Shown here piece after piece: positions 34,301 through 43,687 of a stretch of 58,706 nt of DNA (position 1 is the first letter of the stretch; every line of letters begins with the position of its first letter). The notes below the pieces were generated by a model. The model worked only from the letters and a program-made list of their open reading frames with translations, searched no databases and was not told where the DNA came from. Origin of the DNA: Candidatus Eiseniibacteriota bacterium (GTDB taxonomy: Bacteria; Eisenbacteria; RBG-16-71-46; CAZAMP01). Position numbers and translations under genes: made by a program. The stretch is taken from NCBI GenBank assembly GCA_965224245.1, contig CBDCYW010000025.1:1-58706 (forward strand). Direction: 5' to 3'.

Positions 34301-36544
34301 GAGTGGGTGGTCAACTACGATGACCTACTAGATCGGCGCCAGCTCCACGCGCAGAACATACGTGTCATCCGTTACAGACGCGAGCGCACGCATGGCCGTA
34401 ACTTGATTGTCTCCTCCACAACCGAGCTACGGGTCCTCAAGGTGCTCGTCCAACGACGACTAAAGGAGGCTGGGGTAGCACTTCCACCCGAAGCACTGTC
34501 GCTGCTTGCTGATCGAATGATAGAAGAGGCCGCGTACATCAGCGGCGACATCGTGCTGCGTGCGGCCAAACGCGGGATCTCTGCGGGAGAGCTGATCGGA
34601 GTCGTACTCAGCAAAGCACTCGTGGAGGCCGAGCTTGGCGGCAAAGGCCATATTTGCTGGGTCTTTCTGGACGACTATGCGCAGTGGCTCGGACAGCGAG
34701 AAGAGCATATCGCTGATTTGATGGCGCTGCGTGTTGGCGAAGACAAGGACGGTCCACTCCTCACATGTGTCGTTACGGAATGCAAATACGTAGCTGCAGA
34801 AGCACGCGCCCACGCGAAACGGTCTTCACGACGCCAGCTTCGGGACACTCTCGCTAGGATTGAGGGCGCTCTCTTCGGCGATCCTGGCAGGTTGGACCGA
34901 GATCTGTGGTTAGGTCGACTGAGCGGTCTCCTAGTCGACCATGCGGATGAGGTCCAAGACCTTCAGCAGCTCAACCGGGTTCGCGAGTCCCTTCGGAACG
35001 GTGACATTCGCGTTGATACACGTGGTTACTCTCACATCTTCATCCCCTCACCAGCGGAGCAAACAGGTGAGAGCGAAGCAGAACCAATGGAGAGAGTGTC
35101 TCGTGGTCTCCAGGAAGTGTTTGCTCGTAGCGAGGTCCGAGCTCTTCTTGAAGCTTACGCGAGCAGTCAAGGCGTGCTGGAGGTCCGCGAGCGACTAGGG
35201 AGCGAGCATCCATGGAAGAGCCCACAAGCCAGACGTCCAGAGAGACGGGTGTCGTGGGTCATTGATACCGTGGAGGATAGCGAGCGGCCCGCGGACGACG
35301 ACAAGAGCACGCATCCGGACAAGCCCCTACCTCCTGCGCCCGACGGGGCTCAGCCGACAACCCGAGCAGAATACGGCAGCCATCTCCAGCGACTCCTAGC
35401 CGAGCGGGCAGAGGCCGACACCGCCACTGATGATGAGGCGCTGTCCTGGCTGGACGCCACCGCGGCTCAGCTACGAACTGCCTTACTAGGTTACGGCCTG
35501 CAGGCCAAGGTTCTAGGAAAGCGACTCACTCCGAACGCAGCCCTAGTACGCTTTCGCGGTTCGAGCCGATTGAGAGTCAATGACGTTGAACGCCACCGCT
35601 CCGCGCTCCTTACGACCCATGGGTTAGGCGTCATCAACGTCTCTGCCCAGCCAAGAGAAGTCGTGATGACAATAGCCCGTCCGAAGAGAGAGACCGTGTC
35701 GCTCTGGGACGTGTGGACGCGCCGCGCAATCAATCGGAAGAGTTCCGGACTTAATCTATCGTTCGTGCTTGGCACGCGTGAGATTGACGGAGAACTCCTG
35801 TACCTCAACCTCACTGAGCCGTTCGCTGATCAGCAGCGGCACGACCCTCACACTCTAGTCGCCGGAGCCACTGGTAGCGGCAAGTCGGTGCTTCTGCAGT
35901 GCCTTTTGCTAGATATTGCTGCCACGAACCCTAGTCGCCTCGCTCACATCAATCTTATCGACCCCAAGATGGGCGTTGACTACGCGGCCCTCGAACGCTT
36001 GCCACACCTTCGCGGAGGAATCGTTACGGAACAAGATCGTGCGCTCGAGCTCCTGAAGACGCTCGTCGCCGAGATGGATCGCCGCTACTCTGTCTTTCGA
36101 GCGACACGTGTTCGTGATCTGCATACCTACAATGAGAAGGCCCCGGACGAAGAGAAACTCCCGGCCATTTGGGTCTTCCACGATGAATTCGCCGAGTGGA
36201 TGCTAACGGACGCCTACAAAGATGGCGTGACGACTTACGTGCAACGACTCGGCGTCAAGGCAAGAGCAGCAGGTATCTATCTTGTCTTCGCCGCGCAACG
36301 GCCGGAAGCAAACGTGATGCCCATGCAGCTTCGCGACAACCTCGGCAATCGACTGATCCTCCGTGTCTCTAGTGCCGGAAGCTCTGAAATTGCCTTGGGT
36401 TCGAAGGGCGCAGAGCGATTGCTCGGGTTGGGGCACCTGGCCGCGAGGTTGACCGGAGAGCCTGAAATCATCTTTGCGCAGGGAGCGTTTCTGCCCGATG
36501 ACGACGTTGACGCCGCTGTCTCCGCAATCATCCAAGACGACTAG
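31313..36544 (+). CDS. sspH: SspH/DptH-like protein with C-terminal FtsK/SpoIIIE ATPase
   Basis: HTLVAGATGSGKS, LIDPK, DEFAEW, LG.KARAAGI.L..A.QRP; internal AD...ECK (PD-(D/E)xK-like). AGGAG RBS before ATG 31313. Confidence 0.82.
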   Translation: MTGHELLGAVGAAYLKRRIEQLTDGDGEDAGVARFMLDRLNGQKVAAVVRAILADDPLSSKVALHIPRSLVADEGLPDHVLTDKRTVEHRHAPSNRPTMLLANTDDDQATSLQDVTLLGREELLASASLWVTTASSGLGLPASELETWQKAFQGLLQAHSWSLQEVSDYVAHTRQRVADDSLPLLASLGSALPALHLPRDSQYFQSIPETRRRRVASWKRLYAKLLERSLLLRKMRSARQLIEPGDLREAYDRVRDDITADPDTIEAFINAPATWCPQAEALAEFEWETHGVQQLFSGLKKRRTSLGEETLTFFELHDPDALQDSEREYLQHLSQRRYLRDPNDDDVAFLEAHREELASDRSLRAKWEKFIYGKPVECTDFLDGLVTAVERLWTQAGNPTGPKRLVIKTSLGRARQRWLDLNTNIAAYFATRYRGLPELLGASVEWDTGYLFKYKELLAWARTKKIRPNTSSARAATQIRFDVGLHVGAEDVGDRHAVQVVWKASTAAIGMELADDLKRVRQLPLARLQVTRQPISRKGHLQGVSLDDVTTLEPAFGKDAGSLVSKLAALDDLGAELETALSDATQAGRISDSGSTAVFTSLRHFTDEYKHALDDLESDGLSARRLLDQAQAFGELLEALAIHCTGDINRQRIWQPLLEIGCARVEGGDPAAIVAPWHPLRLAAASVKARWICGLVRHLLSSDEVTFGDERLFFSDVRAVLTHSYYPELVVGYRGTEPILLTESDTINDYTLMEPPTQGNTGQLVGIEPSDSARQIRDVLTQYLDLQPHEHADLSLLLYNCDSAGVPLKTVSVLGSVQDGRNVYCNVVLRHRNRRQLAAVYEELIDQTGDADSISPSETASDFMSKLRIGILLEESRPARAIEGDRPFDIAFLHDVISRQAKVHWIPVEQRVDADMLSHVPPYWSYTRLTSEDELKATSYLACPRQPRCGWSYANAAAAVILGETIPQGEYRLPARRISFQDDSLQSVLDEVHKLAEWVVNYDDLLDRRQLHAQNIRVIRYRRERTHGRNLIVSSTTELRVLKVLVQRRLKEAGVALPPEALSLLADRMIEEAAYISGDIVLRAAKRGISAGELIGVVLSKALVEAELGGKGHICWVFLDDYAQWLGQREEHIADLMALRVGEDKDGPLLTCVVTECKYVAAEARAHAKRSSRRQLRDTLARIEGALFGDPGRLDRDLWLGRLSGLLVDHADEVQDLQQLNRVRESLRNGDIRVDTRGYSHIFIPSPAEQTGESEAEPMERVSRGLQEVFARSEVRALLEAYASSQGVLEVRERLGSEHPWKSPQARRPERRVSWVIDTVEDSERPADDDKSTHPDKPLPPAPDGAQPTTRAEYGSHLQRLLAERAEADTATDDEALSWLDATAAQLRTALLGYGLQAKVLGKRLTPNAALVRFRGSSRLRVNDVERHRSALLTTHGLGVINVSAQPREVVMTIARPKRETVSLWDVWTRRAINRKSSGLNLSFVLGTREIDGELLYLNLTEPFADQQRHDPHTLVAGATGSGKSVLLQCLLLDIAATNPSRLAHINLIDPKMGVDYAALERLPHLRGGIVTEQDRALELLKTLVAEMDRRYSVFRATRVRDLHTYNEKAPDEEKLPAIWVFHDEFAEWMLTDAYKDGVTTYVQRLGVKARAAGIYLVFAAQRPEANVMPMQLRDNLGNRLILRVSSAGSSEIALGSKGAERLLGLGHLAARLTGEPEIIFAQGAFLPDDDVDAAVSAIIQDD

Positions 36545-36965
36545 CACGCGCGAGGGCTTGGAATGTTGCAATCATCTCCCGCTCCCTTGCCACCAGCAAT
36601 CGAGAGCTTTCCGGTCGGGCCGCAAACTTCCCCTCAAAGTGGACACCCTCAGGATAGACCTTTCTGGCAGATGACCTCACCCCCTAAGACTGACCGCCCA
36701 AACCGGCCACCGTTATCCAGCACCTCCTTGGCGCTGGACGCTCTCAGCTCAGGGGCGGCGCGGCAACATGGGGAGACCGGACGGATACCCGGCAACTCCG
36801 GCGGGTCGGCAGACCTGTGACTTGTAGGACCGGAAGTGGTTCGAGCAATCGGGCACCTCACTCTCGCGCCTCGGTGTCCGCGTGATTCTGACGCGGGAGG
36901 AGCCTCATCGTCACTTCCACATGTGGGCGCGCGGTTGAGTCGGAATTCTCGCGCACGACCCTCAC

Positions 36966-36993
36966 TTGACAGTTTTTTCACTTCTGCTACAAA
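36966..36993 (+). promoter_or_regulatory. Putative sigma70 promoter of the HTH-parA-parB-rep operon
   Basis: TTGACA-16 nt-TACAAA with an upstream TG. Confidence 0.45.
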
Positions 36994-37040
36994 GAATGTA
37001 GACCCTCAGATTCTGACCTGGGTCAATTCCCACCCTCCCC

Positions 37041-37280
37041 ATGACACACCAGCTCTCGCTACAAACCTTCTCGACCCATGAGGTCACGCAAATCACCGGT
37101 ATCAGCCCCGCGACGCTGAAGCGTTGGCTGCGCCGTGGCATCGCACGAGAGCCCACCCGCGACCCCCTCGGTTCACGTCGGTTCACGGACGACAACATCC
37201 GTGAAATCCTGCTCTTCCGAAACCGCCGGATCGCTGCTGGATCCCACCCCACGAACAAGCCATCACTCTCTGCTAAGTAA
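37041..37280 (+). CDS. MerR-like HTH protein
   Basis: FSTHEVTQITGISPATLKRWLRRG...GSRRFT. Confidence 0.8.
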   Translation: MTHQLSLQTFSTHEVTQITGISPATLKRWLRRGIAREPTRDPLGSRRFTDDNIREILLFRNRRIAAGSHPTNKPSLSAK

Positions 37281-37291
37281 CACTACACCCT

Positions 37292-38242
37292 ATGGTCATT
37301 TTCACGATATTCAACGACAAAGGCGGCGTCGGAAAGACGACGCTCACATTCCATCTCGCCGGCGCCTTTGCTGAAGCTGGCAATCGGGTTCTGGTAGTCG
37401 ACCTGGATCGCCAGATGAACCAGAGCCATCTCTGGCGGGCAGACGCGTTCATCGGCGCCCGGACAATCTACGACGCACTGACCGAGGGGTTAGACGGGGA
37501 GTTTGCTCCGTTGAGCGAAGTCGTCCTGCCTTCCGACGCATTCCCGGATCTCGTCTCAATCGCGCCGGCAAGTCCCCTGCTCGGAGAGAGCCTTTCCACC
37601 ACTCTGTCGGAGAAGCCCGACGCCCAGACCCGCTTGATGAACGCGTTCGAGGACTGGCCGGAGATCAACGATCGATTCGATGTTGTTCTGATCGACACGC
37701 GACCCGATACGGCCATCGCAACCCGCAATGGCATCGCGCTCGCAGATTTCCTTGTCGTGCCCGTCGAGCCCCAGCGCTTCTCAGTGGATGGTATGAAGAC
37801 GGTCCTTCGACTACTCGACGAATACCGCCGCTCCAGAATCTCCCCGAACCTCCAAGCGCGCTTTGTCTTCAACAAGGTCCATCACCGCGCTGACGACCGG
37901 CACTTCATCGAGAGCCTGAGGGACATCGAGAACGTACCCGTTCTCAAGACGTTAATCCCGAACCTCGCCCCGATCGCCCACAGCACCAATCGAAGGGATC
38001 CTGTCCCACTGTGCCTGAGTACTCCCGCCCGCCGGAGACTCCGTCCCGCCATCCACATCCGGACGCTTGCTTCCGAGCTTGCGCAGCTGGCCAATCAGAG
38101 CGGTTGCTTCTCCCCCGTGCGGCCAACGAACCTGAACATCCTTCGGCTGGCCGAGTTCGAGTCAGAACCGCCGAGCGTATTCGGGGAAACTAACAAGATC
38201 CACCAACACGAGCATGCCGACCACACCCTCCAAGAAGCGTAG
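37292..38242 (+). CDS. parA: ParA family ATPase
   Basis: NDKGGVGKTT, LVVDLD.Q.N, FDVVLIDTRP. Confidence 0.92.
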   Translation: MVIFTIFNDKGGVGKTTLTFHLAGAFAEAGNRVLVVDLDRQMNQSHLWRADAFIGARTIYDALTEGLDGEFAPLSEVVLPSDAFPDLVSIAPASPLLGESLSTTLSEKPDAQTRLMNAFEDWPEINDRFDVVLIDTRPDTAIATRNGIALADFLVVPVEPQRFSVDGMKTVLRLLDEYRRSRISPNLQARFVFNKVHHRADDRHFIESLRDIENVPVLKTLIPNLAPIAHSTNRRDPVPLCLSTPARRRLRPAIHIRTLASELAQLANQSGCFSPVRPTNLNILRLAEFESEPPSVFGETNKIHQHEHADHTLQEA

Positions 38243-39137
38243 CAGCCAACGAGACGCCGACGACGTTGTCCGCGGCATTCTCGATCGCCCTTCCGCGATC
38301 GCAGCGCCTCCCGTACGTCACAGTTCCATCGAACATGCGACCGTGCGCGCCACTGCTCGCCGTGATCCCAATAATCGAATCGTCGCGCTCGAGCTGATTG
38401 ACCCCGATCCGGACCAACCTCGCACTGTCATCGAGAACAGCGAGGAGTTTGACGGTCTAGTCTCGTCAGTCCGCGAGCATGGGGTCATCTCGCCAATCAC
38501 CGTACGCTTCATTTCGGAGAACAGCCGCTATCAGATCATCACAGGTGAGCGCCGCTTTCGGGCAGCGCAGCGACTTGGCTTGAGAGAGATCCCAGCTTGC
38601 ATTCGCGAGATTGACGACACGACCAAGGCTGTCGAGCAGCTGGTCGAGAACGTGCAGCGCGAGGACATGAACCCGGTCGAGGAAGCCCTTGCTCTCAACC
38701 GACTGATCGGCGAACCGATCAACCTGACGCACGAAGAGGTCGCCCTCAAGATCGGCAAGAGCCGCGCGTACGTCACGAACATGCTCGCTCTTCCCCGAAA
38801 GCTCACCACCCGTGAACAAGCCAAGCTGCGCCGATGTTCGCCGGCGAACATGCCCGGAAAGTCGCTAATCTTGGAGGCGTTGCAGGCTCCCGACGAAGAA
38901 ACTCGGGCTCAGATCCTATTCGGCCGCATGACCCGCGCCGCTGCACGTACCGCGGTCAGGAAGCGCGCCGGTGGACGACCGGGTTACCCAACCAGGAGCG
39001 TCCCAGTCACGGTTGGTGGCTACACCTACACCATCACCGTCAAGGCCAGGAGAAAGGAACGCCTCCTTGCACAAGACGTCATCGACGCCCTCGACGCGGC
39101 CGTCCTGAAGCTGACTAAGGACGTGTCGGACACCTAA
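38214..39137 (+). CDS. parB: ParB/RepB/Spo0J partition protein
   Basis: PDPDQPR, IITGERRFRA, ENVQREDMNPVEEA, HTH EVALKIGKSRAYV. Confidence 0.92.
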   Translation: MPTTPSKKRSSQRDADDVVRGILDRPSAIAAPPVRHSSIEHATVRATARRDPNNRIVALELIDPDPDQPRTVIENSEEFDGLVSSVREHGVISPITVRFISENSRYQIITGERRFRAAQRLGLREIPACIREIDDTTKAVEQLVENVQREDMNPVEEALALNRLIGEPINLTHEEVALKIGKSRAYVTNMLALPRKLTTREQAKLRRCSPANMPGKSLILEALQAPDEETRAQILFGRMTRAAARTAVRKRAGGRPGYPTRSVPVTVGGYTYTITVKARRKERLLAQDVIDALDAAVLKLTKDVSDT

Positions 39138-39154
39138 GTCGCAAACATAGACCC

Positions 39155-40345
39155 ATGCCCCAGGACCCCATTCAATTCGATCTCGAGTCTCGAACGAAGC
39201 AGCTCACCGATCACTTTCAGGAGACGGGACGAGATAAAGCCCGCGGTGAGATCGCGCTCCTGCCCTACTACAACCAACTCGAGAACGAGATCACCAAGCC
39301 TAATCAGGGCACGTTCGTTACCCGCTACTTTCAGACGAAGTGGCGTCCGTGTTTGGGTTCCGAGGCGTCCAGCATCGTGCTGGCTCTCCGCCTCCTCGCC
39401 AACAAGGACGGCGAGACCTTTGCCAGCCAAGAAACCATCGCCAGCTGTGCGGGGCTAAGCGCGCGTGCGCTGCGGCGCTGGCTGTCCGACAACGAGGACG
39501 CTGTCGCCGCATGCTCGCCGAGGTGGCAGGCGCAGTGGCAACTTCTTCACCGACACTTCCTGCGATCCAAATCCAGCCGCTACCTGATTCGCCGGGAAGG
39601 CACGTATTCACGGGCGAGACGCACGACAAATCTCTACCACGTAGCCATGGATGACCCCGTCCATCCCGACGACGAGCCGACGCTGCTTGCAAACGCCGCT
39701 GTTCGCATTGCCAGCGAGGAGCACGCGACTTCGCTACAACAAGAAGGGGTTTCCCATGGAGGCCAATCTGGCCGGAAAAGGAAGAACGTGATCCTGCGAG
39801 AGACCGGTTCCCGCGATGGGGGTGTGGATAACTCGGCCCGTAGTGGCCACTCTGGCCGCCACGAAGCTAGGCCAGATTGGCCTAGCAGATCGGTTACCTA
39901 TCGTTCAGAGCTTAGCGCTAGTAGCGCCATCTCAAAGAAAACCACTAACGGTCTCAGGACCCACCCAGTCGTTCGCCAACTAAGCTCGGCGGAACTCCAA
40001 CACCGAGAACGCCAAGCCGCCATGCACGAAGACCGACTCAAGCAGCTGGCTCGGGACGACAGCGCCGAACGCCACGAAAGCGCTGGCTTCATCCGCCGCG
40101 TCAACTTGCTTGCACCGGGGCTTGCGGAGACTGCCTTGGCGCGAACGATTGACACCTTCTCCACGCGAAACGAAGACGGCGGCCAGCGCATCCGCAAGAA
40201 CGTTGGCTCGTACTACATCGGCACGCTACGCCATTTAGCCGCCGAACAGCAGATCGATCTCGGTGTGAGATGGTCCCAGAAGACACCAGAATCGCCTGAG
40301 CCGGGCGTTGACCCTGTGCGACGAGTGAACACCCAGGCATCCTGA
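39155..40345 (+). CDS. Putative replication initiator (winged-HTH Rep)
   Basis: TFASQETIASCAGLSARALRRWL HTH and TNLY motif; third position after parAB; internal repeats and DnaA box. Confidence 0.6.
   Translation: MPQDPIQFDLESRTKQLTDHFQETGRDKARGEIALLPYYNQLENEITKPNQGTFVTRYFQTKWRPCLGSEASSIVLALRLLANKDGETFASQETIASCAGLSARALRRWLSDNEDAVAACSPRWQAQWQLLHRHFLRSKSSRYLIRREGTYSRARRTTNLYHVAMDDPVHPDDEPTLLANAAVRIASEEHATSLQQEGVSHGGQSGRKRKNVILRETGSRDGGVDNSARSGHSGRHEARPDWPSRSVTYRSELSASSAISKKTTNGLRTHPVVRQLSSAELQHRERQAAMHEDRLKQLARDDSAERHESAGFIRRVNLLAPGLAETALARTIDTFSTRNEDGGQRIRKNVGSYYIGTLRHLAAEQQIDLGVRWSQKTPESPEPGVDPVRRVNTQAS
39761..39885. repeat. Candidate origin: three GGCCA(A/C)TCTGGCC repeats plus a perfect DnaA box
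   Basis: Copies at 39761 and 39845 (direct) and 39870 (inverted); TGTGGATAA at 39823-39831. Confidence 0.6.
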
Positions 40346-41236
40346 AGGCGCCTCTCTTAGAGCCGTTTTCAGGATGCTCTGGCGTCGCAGCACAGGTTGG
40401 GTGCCAGTGCCAGAAACGATCCATCACGGTGTCCCGCATTCGCGGGACCTGTTGCCTCCCTTCGGTCGGCTTCTTTGCGCGCCCGCCCGCTGACTGCGCA
40501 GGAAGGCTCTCGAGCTTCGCCGCCGCGGGATCGCTTCATCTCCGTCCGACGTGCGTCAACCGCACGCCGACCTCGCCGAAGCGTGGCGCAGGGGTGGACC
40601 TCCCGTTGCCGTGACGTCCACCCCGAAACGCGCCTGATCCCGCGCCATTTCGCTCTCCAGCCTTCCCGCTTGCAGCGGGCTGGATACTGAAATTCTCACC
40701 TCGCCCCTTTGCCCAATAGATCTTGCCTGCCTGGTATGTGGCGGTCGCCACCCCGAAGAGGTGGGTTGTCCGACCGCCCCGGGCAGTTCACGGTGTCCTC
40801 GAGGTTGAGGCGCGAGCTGAGAACTCCGCACCAGGCGTCCCGCACTGCGGGACACCAGCTGCTCCGGGTCTTGGAAGCTCTTGGCCTGGCACTGCCGCGC
40901 CCTGGCCACCGCTTCCCGCGACCTTCCAGTATCCAGCCCGCTGCCCTCGAAACGAGACGGTCCTTCGGACCTAGCCCTTGCCCGCGCTTCTCGCGCGAGA
41001 CGGCGGGCACTCGTTTCGGGTCGCGAACGGGCGCGCGCTCAAGCGCGTCCCTCCGGGACCGGTTTACCTCTGCGCCCGGCGCTCTCGCTCCGGGCCGATC
41101 CTTGATACCCCACCCGATTTGCTTCCCGACCGTCCCCTCGATCAGCTCCTTGGCGATCTGGCAATCAAGCCAGGCCGCGCTCGCTTGCCAAATTCCGCCA
41201 GACTGCTAAGATACTGATATGTAATTAGTTAAACCT

Positions 41237-41458
41237 ATGCCCAACAAACCAGATCTCATCGTCTACGCGGTTTCCGAGTATCACGCTGGCGGTGAAGCCA
41301 GGAACCGCTGGACCCGTGTGGGGGTCGCGTTCAAGAACCAGAAGAACGGCTACAACATCGAGTGGGATGCTCTGCCGCTGGGGCGGACCATCCTCTTGCC
41401 GCCCAAGGAGACACCCCCACACAACGGCGAGGCAACCTACGAGCCCCCCGGGGACTAG
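41237..41458 (+). CDS. Small conserved mobile-element protein (W..IG.AF...G..I..DALP)
   Basis: Clear paralog of 42764..42976. Confidence 0.7.
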   Translation: MPNKPDLIVYAVSEYHAGGEARNRWTRVGVAFKNQKNGYNIEWDALPLGRTILLPPKETPPHNGEATYEPPGD

Positions 41459-41918
41459 TCTCGGTTGCGAAGCCGCCCAACGCCGTTCCGTCGGCTCATC
41501 AGACCCGGCATCCGACAGGTCGTCCGACTCCAGAGCCCCGGTGCGGGATCTGTTGTCGTCGCGCTGCTACGACCCGCAAGCGGTACCGGGGTCGCGGCAC
41601 GCCTACCGAACTTCGATCCTTCGACCGGATCAGCCGCAGTGCCTTGACATCCGCCTCTTGCCAGAATCTGTCGCCGTTCTAAGATGACTGGTACCGGGGT
41701 CACTTCGTGACCGCGGCAACACACGCGGGGGTCGTTCTCCGAGGATCGTTCAAGGAGGATGGCCCCCTCTTTCTATACCCGCTCCTTTCCCACTTCCAAT
41801 CGTCACGCAGACTTCGATCCGGCCTGCGCGATGAGGTCGGCCAGTTTCGCAGACGCCCGATCCCACGATCGTTCCCTTCTGTTCGCCTTCCGAAGTCCAA
41901 TCAGTCAGGAGGTGCCTT

Positions 41919-42200
41919 ATGCCTGCCCAGGCGCGTCCGAAGTTCGCCTTGGGGCGAACCGTGATCACACGCGGAGCGCTTGCCACGCTAGCCAGTGATG
42001 ACGTCCTAGCTGGGATTACACGACACGCGTGCGGCGACTGGGGTGAGATCGAATCCGAAGACCGCGATGCGAACGACCGCGCGCTACTCCGCGGTGGACG
42101 CCTCTTCTCTGCCTACCGGGCCCACCGCGGCGACCGGTTCTGGGTCATCACCGAAGCTGATCGGTCGGTAACCACGGTGCTCCTGCCCGAGGAGTACTGA
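41919..42200 (+). CDS. Conserved plasmid/ICE-associated small protein
   Basis: F.LG..V.T.GA...RH..GDWG...D...N..AL..G.RL.S.Y...WVITEADRS.TT.LLPEEY; AGGAGG RBS. Confidence 0.8.
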   Translation: MPAQARPKFALGRTVITRGALATLASDDVLAGITRHACGDWGEIESEDRDANDRALLRGGRLFSAYRAHRGDRFWVITEADRSVTTVLLPEEY

Positions 42201-42292
42201 ACCGCAGCATCCCGCAACTGACAGTCGTTCTCCCGTTACCACACTCATTTTCGTTCGTCCGTGGACAAACAGCCACTCGTCCCCGAGAGGAG

Positions 42293-42739
42293 GTGTCTTT
42301 GCCCGGCAATCCCCGCTACCGGGTCGGTGACACAACAGCGCCGACATATGAGGCTCTGTCCGCGCCGCCGCTGACTCAGCCCCGAACCCGCAGCCGAACT
42401 CTGCTGTGCGATGGCCCGCTATCGGGTCGAGGTATTCCGGGTTCTACTCCTGGACACCCGCCACCGCCTGATCCGTAAGGTCACGGTGTCGCGGGGCACG
42501 ATCTCCGCATCGATCGTCCACCCCCGTGAGGTATTCCGGCCGGCCATCGTGGCCTCGGCTGCCGCCATGATCTTGGTCCACAACCATCCCTCCGGAGATC
42601 CCGAGCCGTCCCGCGACGATGTCGCGCTCACAAAGGCGCTTGGTTCGCGGCGGGCGAGCTCCTTGGCATTCCGGTGCTCGATCACATCATCGTGGTGAAG
42701 TCGGGCTTTCTCTCTCTCAAGCGAGATGGTCACCTGTGA
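42293..42739 (+). pseudogene. radC: RadC-like JAB domain protein, frameshifted
   Basis: VHPREVF, HNHPSGDPEPS.DD; the tail GELLGIPVLDHIIV is in another frame, ending at TGA 42739. Confidence 0.8.
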
Positions 42740-42763
42740 AGTGACCTCGAGGAGGAACCATGA

Positions 42764-42976
42764 GTGAGATCCCATCGGATCGCATACGCGGTCATCGATG
42801 CAGAAGCGTCCAGCGAGAAGAAGTCCCGCTGGCGGGACATCGGCGTGACGTTCCGGAACAAGGATGGGTCCGAGACCGTGCTCCTGGACGCTGTTCCACT
42901 ATCCGGGAAGGTCGTGCTACGCGATCCGCCGGAGCAGGAGGAGTCCCGGGGAATCGCCGTAGGCGAGGGTGTCTGA
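42764..42976 (+). CDS. Small conserved mobile-element protein, paralog of 41237..41458
   Basis: KSRWRDIGVTFRNKDGSETVLLDAVPLSGKVVLR. Confidence 0.7.
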   Translation: MRSHRIAYAVIDAEASSEKKSRWRDIGVTFRNKDGSETVLLDAVPLSGKVVLRDPPEQEESRGIAVGEGV

Positions 42977-43026
42977 CATGAGCCTCGGATCATCCTGACC
43001 CGAGATCGGCGCTCAACGGGCTTTGT

Positions 43027-43056
43027 GGCGGTCGTTTCCCAAGACGGCCGTCTTTT
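43027..43056 (+). terminator. Putative intrinsic terminator
   Basis: GGCGGTCGTTT-CCCA-AGACGGCCGTC stem (G-U pairs) followed by TTTT, between convergent genes. Confidence 0.5.
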
Positions 43057-43063
43057 GCTGTGG

Positions 43064-43687
43064 CTAATCGGCTTGAGGGTTTTCCTCCTCCTTCTTACTC
43101 ACTTCGATCCCTGACCTCAACTCCCGGGGGAGCAAGCTGTCAATCTCTTCGTCCGAGAACGACATCTCGTCGTACTGCCTGATGGCTTCCTGAGCCTTCC
43201 TATATGCCGCAAACGTTGTACTCGGTGCACCCGAGTAGACCGCGTGCAAATCCCCCAGGATAGCATCGCGCCGTGTGCAGATACTCTCAAGGGCCACTTC
43301 GCCAACTCTCAAGTCTGTGATCAGCGCCAAGTACTTTTCGCGAAGAAGCCACAAATCTGCCGCGGCCTGGCGATGCTTCTGTGCAAGTTCACCCAGATCG
43401 TAGTTCTTCGTGTAGGCGTTTAGCACAAGCAACGTGGTCGAGACAATCACACCGATAACCGCGCCAATAGGTCCCGCGCCAAGGATGGCAGCGACGAAAC
43501 CGGCCGCTGTGACGGAAGAGAGGATGATCTGCCAAAGCTTGATCGTGGACAGTCGAGAGAGAAGGATGTCCGCACATTTCTCATGGGTCTTGTGAGAGTA
43601 GACAACGCGACCGTAGCACTCCCGCAGCTGACCTTCGATCAGCACGTGAGGCCTCTGAACCTGGTCACGCGGGGTAGGAGGTACCAA
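43064..43687 (-). CDS. SLATT-domain 2TM effector
   Basis: QLRECYGRVVYSHKTHEK, two TM helices, LREKYLALI.D. Likely TTG start at 43687 overlapping the NTase. Confidence 0.85.
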   Translation of the reverse strand: MVPPTPRDQVQRPHVLIEGQLRECYGRVVYSHKTHEKCADILLSRLSTIKLWQIILSSVTAAGFVAAILGAGPIGAVIGVIVSTTLLVLNAYTKNYDLGELAQKHRQAAADLWLLREKYLALITDLRVGEVALESICTRRDAILGDLHAVYSGAPSTTFAAYRKAQEAIRQYDEMSFSDEEIDSLLPRELRSGIEVSKKEEENPQAD

